A DNA stretch of 36,177 nucleotides from an uncultured Alphaproteobacteria bacterium (lineage in GTDB: Bacteria > Pseudomonadota > Alphaproteobacteria > Caulobacterales > Caulobacteraceae), in contig CAXICH010000001.1 of the NCBI GenBank assembly GCA_964022245.1, forward strand, positions 1 through 36,177. The letters run 5' to 3'. This document shows, one piece after another, positions 18,735 through 28,810 of this stretch. The notes beneath the pieces were generated by a model, which had not been told where the DNA came from, made no database searches, and saw only the letters and a list, made by a program, of their open reading frames with translations. A program made the position numbers and the translations under genes. Position 1 is the first letter of the stretch. Every line of letters begins with the position of its first letter.

Positions 18735-19906
18735 GCCGACGCCCGGCCCAGCACGGTACGGATCGCCTTGGCGGTCTTTGCCACCTCATCGTCGGTTAGG
18801 GTCGGGTGGGTCAGGAAGGCGATACTGGTCTCGCCCAGTTGGCGCGCGACCGGCAGGCGCTGCGGGGGTCGCCAGCCGGTGCCGTCAAATGCGGCCTCCA
18901 GATAGACCTCGGACGCCGAGCCGTGGAAACAGGGCACGCCGAGCGCATTGATCTCCTCGATGATGCGGTTGCGCGTCCAGCCCTCGGCCAGATGGTCCGG
19001 CTGCACGAAGGCATAGAACCGGTACCAGGCGTGGACCACATGTTCGGGCGGCAGGGGCACCCGTACGGCGGAAAACGGGGCGCAGGCCCCGGCCAGCTTC
19101 AGCGCGATTTCGGTGCGACGCGCGGTCCAGTCGGCCATGCGTTCCAGCTGGATCAGGCCGATGGCGGCCTGCATCTCGATCATGCGCCAATTGGTGCCGA
19201 AGGTGTCGTGGACCAGTCGCGGACCGGGCGGATGCGAGCGCTCATAGACACCTTCCCAGCTCTTGCCATGGTCCTTGTACGACCACACGAAATCCCACAG
19301 GGCGGGATCGTCCGTGGTCACCATGCCACCCTCGCCGCCGGTCGTCATGATCTTGTCCTGACAGAAGGACCATGCGCCGATGTGGCCGATCGAGCCGATG
19401 CTGCGGCCGCGATAGCGGGCCCCGTGAGCCTGGGCGCAGTCCTCGATGATCTTGAGGTTGTGCTTTTCCGCCAGCGCCATGATCGGATCCATGTCACACG
19501 GCATGCCGCCCAGATGGACGCAGATGACGGCCTTGGTCCGCTCGGTCATCACGGCCCGGATGGTGTCGGCGGTGATGTTCTGGCTGTCCGGATCGACGTC
19601 GGCAAAGACCGGGACAGCGCCCGCCGTGACGATGCAGGAGGCGGAAGCGAGGAAGGTTCGCGGCGTGGTGATGACCTCATCCCCCGGCCCGATACCCAAC
19701 GCCTTCAACGCCACATCCAGCGCGACCGTGCCATTGGCCAGGGCGATGGCGTGTTTAGTGCCCGCCCATTCGGCGAAATGCTTTTCAAAGGTGCGGCAGC
19801 GATCGCCGGTCCAGTAGTTGACGCGGTTCGACGCCACAACATCGGCGACGGCCTGGACCTCTTCTAGGCTGAAGCTGGGCCAAGGGGAGAAGGGGGTGTT
19901 AAGCAT
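18731..19906 (-). CDS. DegT/DnrJ/EryC1/StrS aminotransferase (PglE-like, UDP-4-keto-6-deoxy-GlcNAc 4-aminotransferase)
   Basis: ANGTVAL, IEDCAQAHGA, SFCQDKIMTTGGEGG (PLP lysine); adjacent to PglD- and PglC-like genes. Confidence 0.9.
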   Translation of the reverse strand: MLNTPFSPWPSFSLEEVQAVADVVASNRVNYWTGDRCRTFEKHFAEWAGTKHAIALANGTVALDVALKALGIGPGDEVITTPRTFLASASCIVTAGAVPVFADVDPDSQNITADTIRAVMTERTKAVICVHLGGMPCDMDPIMALAEKHNLKIIEDCAQAHGARYRGRSIGSIGHIGAWSFCQDKIMTTGGEGGMVTTDDPALWDFVWSYKDHGKSWEGVYERSHPPGPRLVHDTFGTNWRMIEMQAAIGLIQLERMADWTARRTEIALKLAGACAPFSAVRVPLPPEHVVHAWYRFYAFVQPDHLAEGWTRNRIIEEINALGVPCFHGSASEVYLEAAFDGTGWRPPQRLPVARQLGETSIAFLTHPTLTDDEVAKTAKAIRTVLGRASA

Positions 19907-20534
19907 CGGGGCTCCGCTTCATGTCCTGGGCAGGATTGCCGACCACCGTCAGGCCGTCGGCTATATTTCTGACCACGACAGCACCCGCGCCGACCCGCAC
20001 ATCCCGGCCGATGGAGATGCCCTCCCGGACCGAGGCGCCGAGGCCGATCCAGCTGGCCTCGCCCACCGACACGCCTCCGCCCAGATGCGCGCCCGGCGAC
20101 ACATGGACGCCGTCGGCGAGGTGGTCGTCATGGTCGATGCCGCAGCCGGTGTTGAGGATACAGGCCTGACCGACCACGGCCCCGACGTTGACGACGGCAC
20201 CCGCAAAGACCACCGAGCCCGCGCCAATTGCGGCGTGACGACTGACGGTTGCGGCCGGATGGATCAGGGTCGCGGTGGTGCCGCCCTCAGCCACCAACGC
20301 CTGCTGACGCTCCAGCCGGATGCAGTTGATGCCGATGCCGACGATAAAGGCCTCGAAGTCCGCAACCGAGGCCAGCAGGTCGGCCCCCGTACCAGCCAAT
20401 TCCCACGGGCCGGGCTTTTCCGCATTCGGATTGTCGTCGAAGAAGGCGATCTCAGACCAACCCAGACGCTCGGCGCAATCGGCGATGACACGCCCATGTC
20501 CGCCGGCACCCAGAATGGCCAGCCGTCCGCTCAT
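19899..20534 (-). CDS. PglD/NeuD-family hexapeptide acetyltransferase
   Basis: ILGAGGHGRVI, FFDD, LIHPAA, IDHDD..GVHVSPGA, VGNPA. Confidence 0.9.
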   Translation of the reverse strand: MSGRLAILGAGGHGRVIADCAERLGWSEIAFFDDNPNAEKPGPWELAGTGADLLASVADFEAFIVGIGINCIRLERQQALVAEGGTTATLIHPAATVSRHAAIGAGSVVFAGAVVNVGAVVGQACILNTGCGIDHDDHLADGVHVSPGAHLGGGVSVGEASWIGLGASVREGISIGRDVRVGAGAVVVRNIADGLTVVGNPAQDMKRSPDA

Positions 20535-21169
20535 CCCTCAAACTTCTCCATAGTCGCAGAACCCGGCGCCGATATGCCGTCGCGCTGGACTATACGCCGA
20601 AGCGTCAGGATAATGATCTTCACATCCAGCCACAGAGTGTGTCGGTCGACATACCAGACGTCGAGGGCGAATTTCTCATCCCAGCTCAGGGCATTGCGAC
20701 CATTGACCTGGGCCCAGCCGGTGACGCCGGGGCGGACTTCATGACGGCGCGCCTGTTCCGGGGTGTAGAGGGGCAGGTATTCCATCAGCAGCGGGCGCGG
20801 CCCGACGAGGCTCATGTCGCCCTTGAGCACATTCCACAGCTCGGGCAGTTCATCGAGGCTGGTGGCCCGCAGCCAGCGCCCGAAATCCGTCAGCCGCTCT
20901 GCATCCGGTAGCGGCTGACCATCCGGACCCGTTGCATCCCGCATGGTGCGGAATTTTATGATTTCGAACGGTCGGCCTTGCAGGCCGGGGCGGACCTGAC
21001 GGAACAGGGCGGGACTGCCCATGCGACGCCGGACCATAAAGGTTACGCTCACCAAGACAGGTGCAAGCAGCACGAGTGCTGCCGTGGCCGCCACGACGTC
21101 AAAAGCTCGCTTCAGCCGACCGCTGCGACTCGAGAGCTTGGATCGATCACGATCACTAAAACTTGGCAA
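20531..21169 (-). CDS. Initiating polyprenyl-phosphate phosphoglycosyl transferase (PglC/WbaP C-terminal family)
   Basis: LKRAFDV, FRQVRPG, KFRTM, SLDELPELWNVLKGDMSLVGPRP, PGVTGWAQVNGR. Start uncertain; a TTG at 21169 follows GGAG. Confidence 0.92.
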   Translation of the reverse strand: MPSFSDRDRSKLSSRSGRLKRAFDVVAATAALVLLAPVLVSVTFMVRRRMGSPALFRQVRPGLQGRPFEIIKFRTMRDATGPDGQPLPDAERLTDFGRWLRATSLDELPELWNVLKGDMSLVGPRPLLMEYLPLYTPEQARRHEVRPGVTGWAQVNGRNALSWDEKFALDVWYVDRHTLWLDVKIIILTLRRIVQRDGISAPGSATMEKFEG

Positions 21170-21300
21170 ATCTCTGCTCCCACAGCCGAATTTCCTTGTA
21201 CTAAGCAACTAGCCCCCCGGACGCGGCGTCTTGAGGGTGAAACAGCGGATATATCTCGTCCTCCAAAGCGCGTCGTCTCGTCGGGCGAGTCGCGGGTAGT

Positions 21301-22545
21301 TCAGGGCTGTATTGCTGGCTGGTCGTGGCGATCCAATGCAATGCGCAGATACCGTTCGGCCAGGTCCCGGTACTGGCGATTACGCCACAGCCAATCTCGA
21401 CCAGCCTGCCCCATGGCAAGTCGCGTCTCCGGCTCCATCTCGGCGAAGCGCACGATTTCGGCTTCGAGCGCGGCCGGGTCTCCCGCCGGCAGGGCCGTGC
21501 CGGCGCCGGCCTCGTCCACCATCGTCGGATAGCCGGAATAGGAGGCGACGATCGGCTTGCCGGCCAGCATGTAGTCGATGACCTTGTTCAGCGACAGTCC
21601 GTAGTTCCAGACCTTGGAGACATGGACCGAGAAGTAGAGGAGGTCGCAGGCCTCGAGCGCCGCCCCGACCTGGTCCTTGGCCACGGCGCCGGCGAACGAC
21701 ACATTGGGAAGATCAGCGGTGAGAGCCTGGTAGTAAGGTTTCAGTCCGCCTTCACCGAGAATCAGGAAGTGCACGTCGGACCGTTCACGCATCGCCCGGG
21801 CGCAATCGAACAGGGTGTCGAGGGCGTTGGTGATCCCGATGGTTCCGGCATGACAGACGACAAATTTGCCAGCCGGAATGTGTTCTTGCAACCAGGGCGG
21901 GGGCAGGGGACGGGCTTTTTCGATCATGTCGAGATCGACGCCGAATGGGACACAGTGGACCGGGGCGTGACGAGGCGCGACGTCAGAAACATGCGCCGCG
22001 AGATTGGGCATGGTTCCGACAATCACGTCAGCGGTGCGGTAGGCCAATCGCTCCACGGCCGCGAGGCCCATGACCAAGGGGTTGTAGGGGCTGAAACCGC
22101 CCTCCTCGATGATGGTCAAAGGCCAGATATCCCGGACCTCGAAGACCAGTCGACACCGGTACCTGACCTTCAGCCACAGACCGTTGAAGATCGTGAGCAG
22201 GGACAGGCTCGATACGATCACCACATCAGGGCGAGGCAGGCCCCGCTTGGGAAGCAGAAAGAGCCGCAACTCAAAATCGAGCCAGCTCAGGATCCGGCCA
22301 ATCGATTTGGCCCCCGTGAATTTGCGGGTCCTGATCCAGTGGACGTCGACGTCCTCGACGGTCTCAAGTAGATGCGGGCCAGCCAGCCGCGGAACCTCGG
22401 TCAGATGGTTGGAGTCGGATATGAGCATGACAGCGCGGTGGCCCGCCCGCGCCAGCTCGCGCATGATCATAAAGGCTCGTGTGCCGCCGCGACCTGCGGA
22501 GGGAAGGGCGGCGTACTTGGAGACGTACCAGACGCAGGCGCTCAC
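21301..22545 (-). CDS. GT4 glycosyltransferase (WbuB-like)
   Basis: FEVRDIWP, HAGTIG, NKVIDYMLAGKPIV; GTG start at 22545 overlaps the upstream stop (GTGA) with SD GAGG. Confidence 0.9.
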   Translation of the reverse strand: MSACVWYVSKYAALPSAGRGGTRAFMIMRELARAGHRAVMLISDSNHLTEVPRLAGPHLLETVEDVDVHWIRTRKFTGAKSIGRILSWLDFELRLFLLPKRGLPRPDVVIVSSLSLLTIFNGLWLKVRYRCRLVFEVRDIWPLTIIEEGGFSPYNPLVMGLAAVERLAYRTADVIVGTMPNLAAHVSDVAPRHAPVHCVPFGVDLDMIEKARPLPPPWLQEHIPAGKFVVCHAGTIGITNALDTLFDCARAMRERSDVHFLILGEGGLKPYYQALTADLPNVSFAGAVAKDQVGAALEACDLLYFSVHVSKVWNYGLSLNKVIDYMLAGKPIVASYSGYPTMVDEAGAGTALPAGDPAALEAEIVRFAEMEPETRLAMGQAGRDWLWRNRQYRDLAERYLRIALDRHDQPAIQP

Positions 22546-24371
22546 GCGCGCACTTCCTCGTATAATCGGGGGATGGCGTTGACGACCCGGAGGGTGTCGG
22601 CGAAGTCCAAGCCCACGGCGTCCAGATACCATTTCATGTTGGCGTAGCGCGGACGATTCTCGTCCTCGATCCGGACGAGGGCTTCGGCGCGGCTGATCTG
22701 CCCTTCGCGAATCTGGTTGCTGCGGAAGGTATCGTGTTCCGAGAATCCGGCCACAGTGTAATAGACATAATTGTAGAAGGCGGCCGTGCCGTCGCCAATC
22801 CGCCAGGTCGTGTTGGTATCCGGCGCTTTTTCCCAGTCATACAGCGCAAGGGACTCATCCACGGCCCGCTCCTCCCAGGTCCAGTAGTCGAAGACGTGGA
22901 AATAGTCTGTTTTGGCGTGAAAGCTCCTATAGTATTCGCCGCTGACCGTATCCCAGAGGGAAGTGTTGAAATAACCCGGGCTCTTTGCCATCGCCTTGAG
23001 CCGCAGGTACTGATATCGCAGTTGCTTCATCGCACCGTTGGAATAGACCTTGTCCTCTGCAAAGTCTGGCGGAACCCCGAGGAAGCCCGACTTGAAATGC
23101 GTTGTCTCAAGTGGATTAACACCCCAGAGGTTCAGACTGATCCCCGTCTGGCGCTTTATGGTCTCGACGTGGCGGAAGAAGTGCTTGTCTCCCGCCATCA
23201 AGATGTTGATCAACCCCAAGTCCGGCTTCTTGAGCCAAGCTATGAGATTCATCCTGATGTTTTCACGCTTCTGCTGGATGTCGTCGGCAACAATGATGTT
23301 CTCGACGCCCATCTCTCCACACATCCGGCTGATGTTGCGCCGGCCCAGATCGGTGACCATGCCCCAGTCATAGGTATAGGTGACCGGCTTCATCTTCAGT
23401 TCGTTGACTATAAGATGCAGCGCATAGCAGCTATCCCGCCCGCCCGAGAAGGGCACCACGCAGTCGTTGCCGTCGGCGCGGCGGAACGGCTCGACGAGGT
23501 CGAACAATTCCTGCTTCGGTTTGGGCGCGTTCCGCTTGCGGTAATTGGTGCAGTAGTTGCAGACGCCCTCGTCGTTGAAGGTGATATAGGGCATGGTCTC
23601 GGGCAGGACGCATTTGGTGCAGCGCCTCAGGTCATGCTTCGGATAGACGAGGAGCTTCTCCTCGGCTGATTTCAGAACCAGTTCCGGGATCAGGTTGGTC
23701 TTGCGGCCAGCCTTGTTAGAGATCGCATAGGGAGCGTCTGACTGGGGAATGTCGAGGACCAAGCCGTCGTGCTTGATCTGCTGGATGTCCGTGCAACGGA
23801 CAACCGAGAGAGGGTAAGCCTCGGACGCAAAATAGGTCGCGCCATCTTTCCGGCCGACATAGAGGCTGCCGTTGTTCGAGAACAAAACCAGCTTCCCCAA
23901 GCGAGGCAGGGCCATGGCGCAAGCGACCACGCCCTTGCACAACGCCAGAACCTTGCCCGGGATCTCCTCGACTGCGCCGCCGTCCGCCAGGTGAGCGGCG
24001 GCGATGGCGGGGATAACTTCGGTGTCGATCTGCAGTTCGCGAACCTTGCCGATCTTCGCCCAGATCTCGTCGTGATTCACCACGATGCCATTGTGAATGA
24101 CGCAGACGTCTTCACGAAGCACCGGCTGGTTGTCGCCCAAGCCGTTCGTGATCAATCGACTATGACCCATGACAAAGCGCATGGAATATGGCTGGGTCGC
24201 GGCCAGAAGGGTATCGATCACATCGTCTGCTCGGTGGATCTGGTAAACATCATCCCGAAGGAACGTCAGGCCGCTGGAATCCTTGCCGCGCTGTTTGGCG
24301 TGTGTCGCAAGCTTCACGAGATCGCCCTTTGCCGACGCCCCGGCCGAGATTATTCCGAAAATTCCGCACAT
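22542..24371 (-). CDS. Fusion of a class-II (Ntn) glutamine amidotransferase and a WbuX/WbpG-type N-acetyl-sugar amidotransferase (PP-loop ATPase)
   Basis: N-terminal MCGIFG, RGKDSSG, GHSRL, NQP, HNGIVVN, IDTEVI; C-terminal CTKCVLPET..GVCNYC, PFSGGRDS, WRIGDG, IREGQISRAEAL. Confidence 0.85.
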   Translation of the reverse strand: MCGIFGIISAGASAKGDLVKLATHAKQRGKDSSGLTFLRDDVYQIHRADDVIDTLLAATQPYSMRFVMGHSRLITNGLGDNQPVLREDVCVIHNGIVVNHDEIWAKIGKVRELQIDTEVIPAIAAAHLADGGAVEEIPGKVLALCKGVVACAMALPRLGKLVLFSNNGSLYVGRKDGATYFASEAYPLSVVRCTDIQQIKHDGLVLDIPQSDAPYAISNKAGRKTNLIPELVLKSAEEKLLVYPKHDLRRCTKCVLPETMPYITFNDEGVCNYCTNYRKRNAPKPKQELFDLVEPFRRADGNDCVVPFSGGRDSCYALHLIVNELKMKPVTYTYDWGMVTDLGRRNISRMCGEMGVENIIVADDIQQKRENIRMNLIAWLKKPDLGLINILMAGDKHFFRHVETIKRQTGISLNLWGVNPLETTHFKSGFLGVPPDFAEDKVYSNGAMKQLRYQYLRLKAMAKSPGYFNTSLWDTVSGEYYRSFHAKTDYFHVFDYWTWEERAVDESLALYDWEKAPDTNTTWRIGDGTAAFYNYVYYTVAGFSEHDTFRSNQIREGQISRAEALVRIEDENRPRYANMKWYLDAVGLDFADTLRVVNAIPRLYEEVRA

Positions 24372-24504
24372 GGTTAGGCCTCAGGTCGCGTGGGGTTTCA
24401 ATTGCAGCAGGTGTAGCTTGTCCGGCGCGCGATCGGAACGATGACGCTTGAGCCGGCTGCCGATTTCTTGATCCATCCGTACGCTTCTAAGGCAGGGCCG
24501 ACAG

Positions 24505-25689
24505 TCATGATTGCGCCATCTTCGCGCTGAGGCCCAGCAGGGCATCGTAGAACGTCACGAGCTTCTCCGCCTCTCGACCCCAGTTGTAGAGGTCGAGGAC
24601 GGCCTGACGGCCCCTCTGTCCCATTTCCTGCGCCTCGTCCGGGTGATCGAGAACCCATTGCATGGCCTTTGCGATTGAAGCCGGATCTTCTGGGTCGACC
24701 AACAAACCACAGCTTGCACCTCGGACAATTTCGCTCCAGCGGGGGAAATCCGAGGCGATCACAGGAAGCCCCGCAGACATATACTCGAACAGCTTTACCG
24801 GCCTAGCCTCGACGTAATTCCGAATCGGAAACAGCGTCACCAGCCCGGCCCTTGCACGCGTGAGCAGGGCTGAGACCTGGGAGCGGGCGGCCCAGCCGTC
24901 AAAGCGAACGGAGGCCCAGCCCGTGCTCTGCTCGGCGCGCGCCTGATCCTCGGGCGTGTTGAAACGGCCCGCGATTCGCAAGCGCGCGCCTGCCCCGGAA
25001 ACCCGAGCGGTCGCCTCGATCATGGTAAAAAGACCGCGATGCTTCGTAAGCCCGCCTACATAGACAAACTCACGGGGCCGAGCGGACATAGGAATCTGGT
25101 TCGGGACATCGAGCTCCCCAACTAGGGGGTAGTTCTGTACCAGCACAGTTTTCCGCGCAGGAAATCGAGCGGCGATTTCAGGTGTCGCAGCGACGACGCC
25201 TGAAAGCAGTTGCCCCCCCACCCACTCGATCATGCTCACAAGGCCCGGGAGCAGGGGGCGCAGCCAACCGGGCAAACCGGGATTGTGCAATACTTGCCGC
25301 GGGACGTCCTCGTGGACGTCGTAGACCACCTTGATGCCCCACAGCCTCAAAAGGATCGCCCAAGGGAGCAGTTCGGGATCGTGAAAGTGTGCGATTTTTG
25401 GCCGGGCCACAATCAGCGCATTGATCATGCGCCACGCCCCAATGGTCATACGCAGGTAGCGACTTAGAGGCGGTCCGGTATCTACGATTCTGAGATCGGT
25501 GAGCCGATCGACTTCATCGCCAAGTCCGTCCTGAACATACATCGCCAGCGGTTCACCGAACGCGCTTTGCAACGATGCTAGTTCCTTATAGCGGATGCGC
25601 GAGTCGACACGCGGGTGCACGGTGGTGAAATGGACGATCATCCGACGAAATATCGCCGCGAGGTGTCGATCAGGCTCATTTGGCCTCAT
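24505..25689 (-). CDS. GT4 glycosyltransferase
   Basis: HFHDPELL, YDVHED, YVGGLTKHRG, PVKLFEYMSAGLPVIASDF. Start may be the downstream MIVHF. Confidence 0.92.
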   Translation of the reverse strand: MRPNEPDRHLAAIFRRMIVHFTTVHPRVDSRIRYKELASLQSAFGEPLAMYVQDGLGDEVDRLTDLRIVDTGPPLSRYLRMTIGAWRMINALIVARPKIAHFHDPELLPWAILLRLWGIKVVYDVHEDVPRQVLHNPGLPGWLRPLLPGLVSMIEWVGGQLLSGVVAATPEIAARFPARKTVLVQNYPLVGELDVPNQIPMSARPREFVYVGGLTKHRGLFTMIEATARVSGAGARLRIAGRFNTPEDQARAEQSTGWASVRFDGWAARSQVSALLTRARAGLVTLFPIRNYVEARPVKLFEYMSAGLPVIASDFPRWSEIVRGASCGLLVDPEDPASIAKAMQWVLDHPDEAQEMGQRGRQAVLDLYNWGREAEKLVTFYDALLGLSAKMAQS

Positions 25690-26923
25690 CCATGTTCGAC
25701 ACGCTTGGCTGTTCTACGGCTTTTGTACGGCCGTAGACGGTTTTGAACACCTGAGCATCTTCTTCCCATACAGCTATACGTGCGAAAGCCTTGGCCCGTG
25801 GGCGATAGGGCCTGACGTCGGTTTGAATCAGGGCCTCGATCTTGCGCCTAATGTCAGCGTAGGGCGCTGACCACCCAATGTTGTGCTCGGCCACCAACTC
25901 GGAAAGCAGCCCCAAGTTGTCGCTAACGAGCACAGGAAGGCCAGAGTGGACGAACTCGAAGAACTTATTGGGCAAAGCCCAGCGGTCGTTCAGGGGCGGA
26001 TCCTCGGCGATAAAGACGCCGATGTCGGCGCCGCTTGTATAAGAGGTGATCCATTCGCGAGGCACCGCCGGTTGGTAATGAATGTTGGATTGGCGAGCTA
26101 CATGGCGGTCGATGGCTTCGTGGTCGCTCGGGTCGCCATAACCCATGAGAACGAGATGCGCCCGTTCAGGTGACAAATCCGAAAAGATTTCAAGGAGTCG
26201 ATCGGTCCCACGCGCCTTTCCAAAGATCCCCTGATAGATGAAGACGGTCGCATCTACGGGGATGTCGAATCGCTGCCGAAAGTCACCTTCGGGGACCTTC
26301 TTAATCACGACCGCGTCTCTCTCGGGTACGTTGCGAACTACATGCACATTGGTCAGGCAGTATGTCTGCCTATACCAGCCTGCGATAGGCTCGCAGACAG
26401 CCACAACGTCAGAGGCCGTCTTGATGAAGCTCCGCTCGATCAACTCTTGACATTTCTGGGCAAGGCCGCGCAGGTGAGCCCGCCGGGTCTCGAGCTCGTG
26501 CGGAAGGTAGACTAGCTGCGCACCGGTCAAACGCGCAGCCATCCAGCAGACCGGCAGCAACAATACGTTGTGACAACTGACATGTGTGGGCTTTAGCCGC
26601 ACCGCTTCCTTGACCGCCCTGGCCCCAAACTCCATCAGGCTGATAGCGGCAATGAGCTTACGCAAAGGGATGAAACGCATAAACCAAGCATCAGCGAACC
26701 GACGATTCAGGACCTTAAGCCGGAAAATCTCGAGACCATAGGTCGTTGCCTCCTCTAGCTGAAGACCGCGCGACCAGAGACCGAACACCACGACCCGATC
26801 AAAAACGCCGTGTCGAAGTGTGAAGGCCGCTTCCTTGAACAGGCGGTTCACGTGGAGGATGTCCGCCAAAAAGATGTGTAAGTTTACGCGCCGCAGCCGG
26901 ACTTCATCTGATTCTGACTTCAT
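25676..26923 (-). CDS. GT4-like glycosyltransferase
   Basis: PHELE, FIYQGIFGKARG, LPNKFFEFVHSGLPVLVS. Confidence 0.88.
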   Translation of the reverse strand: MKSESDEVRLRRVNLHIFLADILHVNRLFKEAAFTLRHGVFDRVVVFGLWSRGLQLEEATTYGLEIFRLKVLNRRFADAWFMRFIPLRKLIAAISLMEFGARAVKEAVRLKPTHVSCHNVLLLPVCWMAARLTGAQLVYLPHELETRRAHLRGLAQKCQELIERSFIKTASDVVAVCEPIAGWYRQTYCLTNVHVVRNVPERDAVVIKKVPEGDFRQRFDIPVDATVFIYQGIFGKARGTDRLLEIFSDLSPERAHLVLMGYGDPSDHEAIDRHVARQSNIHYQPAVPREWITSYTSGADIGVFIAEDPPLNDRWALPNKFFEFVHSGLPVLVSDNLGLLSELVAEHNIGWSAPYADIRRKIEALIQTDVRPYRPRAKAFARIAVWEEDAQVFKTVYGRTKAVEQPSVSNMDEAK

Positions 26924-27104
26924 GAGTGGGATATCGCCTTCCGGAAGCAGCAGAGAAACAGACGCGTCGCGCAGCCCAGGCGGCCGCGCGGATTTTCATT
27001 CTTTAAGGCACCATTGTAACACGGCGCGGCACACTCCAAGACTCGATGAATAAGGAATGTCAACAAGCGAAGCGGCACGTTGGCAATTTCGCTACTGCGC
27101 CGGC

Positions 27105-28454
27105 TCATAGATCAGACCTTGACTCGGCACCACCCCGAAAAGCCGCTTCATCGTGGGCGCCCGGCACTGGATAGACCGCCGACTGACGCCTGTATGCGAA
27201 TCGACGAGAGCATACAATACAGAATAAATACCACGCCCCAACACCCACGCTGTAACACCACAATGTACTATATAGAGATATAGCACTATCGATTATACTC
27301 GGCACCAACAACGTTGCCAAGCTAATGACGATTAGGCCAACCTGCCAGAGGAAGTTTAACTTATAGTGACCACGTATAATCCATACGTAACTTAATGGCG
27401 ATGATACGAACCTGACTATCAGTAGCACGCCGATTGCCTGTATTAACACTCCGGCATCTCGCCACTGTGCACCGAAAATAATAGGGAAAACGTAAGGCAA
27501 CATTAAAATTAGCGGCACCAGTAACAATGCAGACGCCATGCCCATTAAGACAAAGAATCTATCAAATGATAGACGGCATTGTCCGCTTTCTATAAACTCT
27601 TCTGATGCCTGCTGACGGAATATATCAAGCGCGCTCCTCGTGATAAACGTGAGAGGAAAGTTCACCATGCGGCTTGCTAAAGAAAATTGGCCAAGCTGAG
27701 CGACCCCGAATATCCTTCCGATAACTAGATCTGGAAGAAAACTACATATGCTATTAACGAGATTTGCTGGTACAGTCCAAAGCGGCAACTCTCGATGATT
27801 ACTCAACTGAACAACTACCGATTTGACGGTAACCTTCGGCCTTAAGCGGGTTACAGACAAGAGAAAAGGCCGAACTAAAATAATAATGGCTAGTGAATAT
27901 CCAGCAATATTGGCAAATATAAAACCGCTCGCTCCCACGTCAGCTAATCCTATGCCAATTTGTATCGCGGCTGTCGATGCCCCTAGCACGAGGCCGTTTC
28001 TAGCTAGCAGTTGAAATTGTTTTGTTCGTATCATCCAAGTGTAGAGACAGGTAAAAATTCCTGCGGCCAGCACCGAAAGCGGTAAAATGGGCAAGTAGGG
28101 AATGACTACCCATCCAATCACGCTGGCCATTAATGGCCGAGGTGTCGCAACAATGAGAACCAGAATTGCCGCACAGAAAACGCCGGTAACTGCCATTGAA
28201 AGCAACGTTGCGTGCGCTGCATCCACATCTTCCGCCTCTATAAGAGTAGCGTTGGTCAATGCTAATGAAGAAACGCCCGCAAGTATTGTGCACAAAGCAA
28301 AAAACACCGCATAAACGCCAAACTCTGCTGGCGTATAGAGGCGGGCGATGATCGGCGCGCTAAGCAAGGGGAACAGTTGCACAAGCGCCGAACTCCCGAC
28401 AAATGACGCATGGCCCATGTTGAAAGTCGAGAGCAGATTGCGGAACCAAATCAT
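27105..28454 (-). CDS. wzx: O-unit flippase
   Basis: PIIARLYTPAEFGVY, LGQFSLASR, IFGAQWRDAG; about 12 TM segments; low GC. Confidence 0.88.
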   Translation of the reverse strand: MIWFRNLLSTFNMGHASFVGSSALVQLFPLLSAPIIARLYTPAEFGVYAVFFALCTILAGVSSLALTNATLIEAEDVDAAHATLLSMAVTGVFCAAILVLIVATPRPLMASVIGWVVIPYLPILPLSVLAAGIFTCLYTWMIRTKQFQLLARNGLVLGASTAAIQIGIGLADVGASGFIFANIAGYSLAIIILVRPFLLSVTRLRPKVTVKSVVVQLSNHRELPLWTVPANLVNSICSFLPDLVIGRIFGVAQLGQFSLASRMVNFPLTFITRSALDIFRQQASEEFIESGQCRLSFDRFFVLMGMASALLLVPLILMLPYVFPIIFGAQWRDAGVLIQAIGVLLIVRFVSSPLSYVWIIRGHYKLNFLWQVGLIVISLATLLVPSIIDSAISLYSTLWCYSVGVGAWYLFCIVCSRRFAYRRQSAVYPVPGAHDEAAFRGGAESRSDL

Positions 28455-28462
28455 GGTGGCTG

Positions 28463-28810
28463 TCAGACCCCGATCCGTTCGGTCCCTGAGGGGTGAGTGA
28501 TCAGGACTGCACGATGCTTGCCTTGGAGGGCGAACAAAGCCCCGACTGCGGTCGCTCCTGCGTCAGTCATGGCAGTCTTGAAGTCGCCAGGCGAGGAAGC
28601 GGCCCCCGCCGCGATGACCGGAACCGAGGCAGTGGAGGCGATTCCGCGAACGAGATCAGGATCGCAACTGGAACTTCCGCCGTCGCGGCCTGCGGCATTG
28701 ACCATTATGGTTAGCTGGCCTGGGCTGATCTCCGCCACCGCACCTAACTTGCTCAACATGTTGGTTATGGAGCCGAGATTACCTATCCCGTGTTCAACAA
28801 CGGCGATCAT
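28463..28810 (-). pseudogene. Chimeric relic: HisH-like (WbuY) N-terminus fused to a degenerate HisF-like (WbuZ) C-terminus
   Basis: MIAVVEHGIGNLGSITNMLSKLG resembles the HisH start; IMVNAAGRDG..DPDLVR..SVPVIAAG..FALQGKHRAVLITHP resembles the HisF2/WbuZ end. Only 115 codons; the ATG overlaps the wzy stop. Confidence 0.75.
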
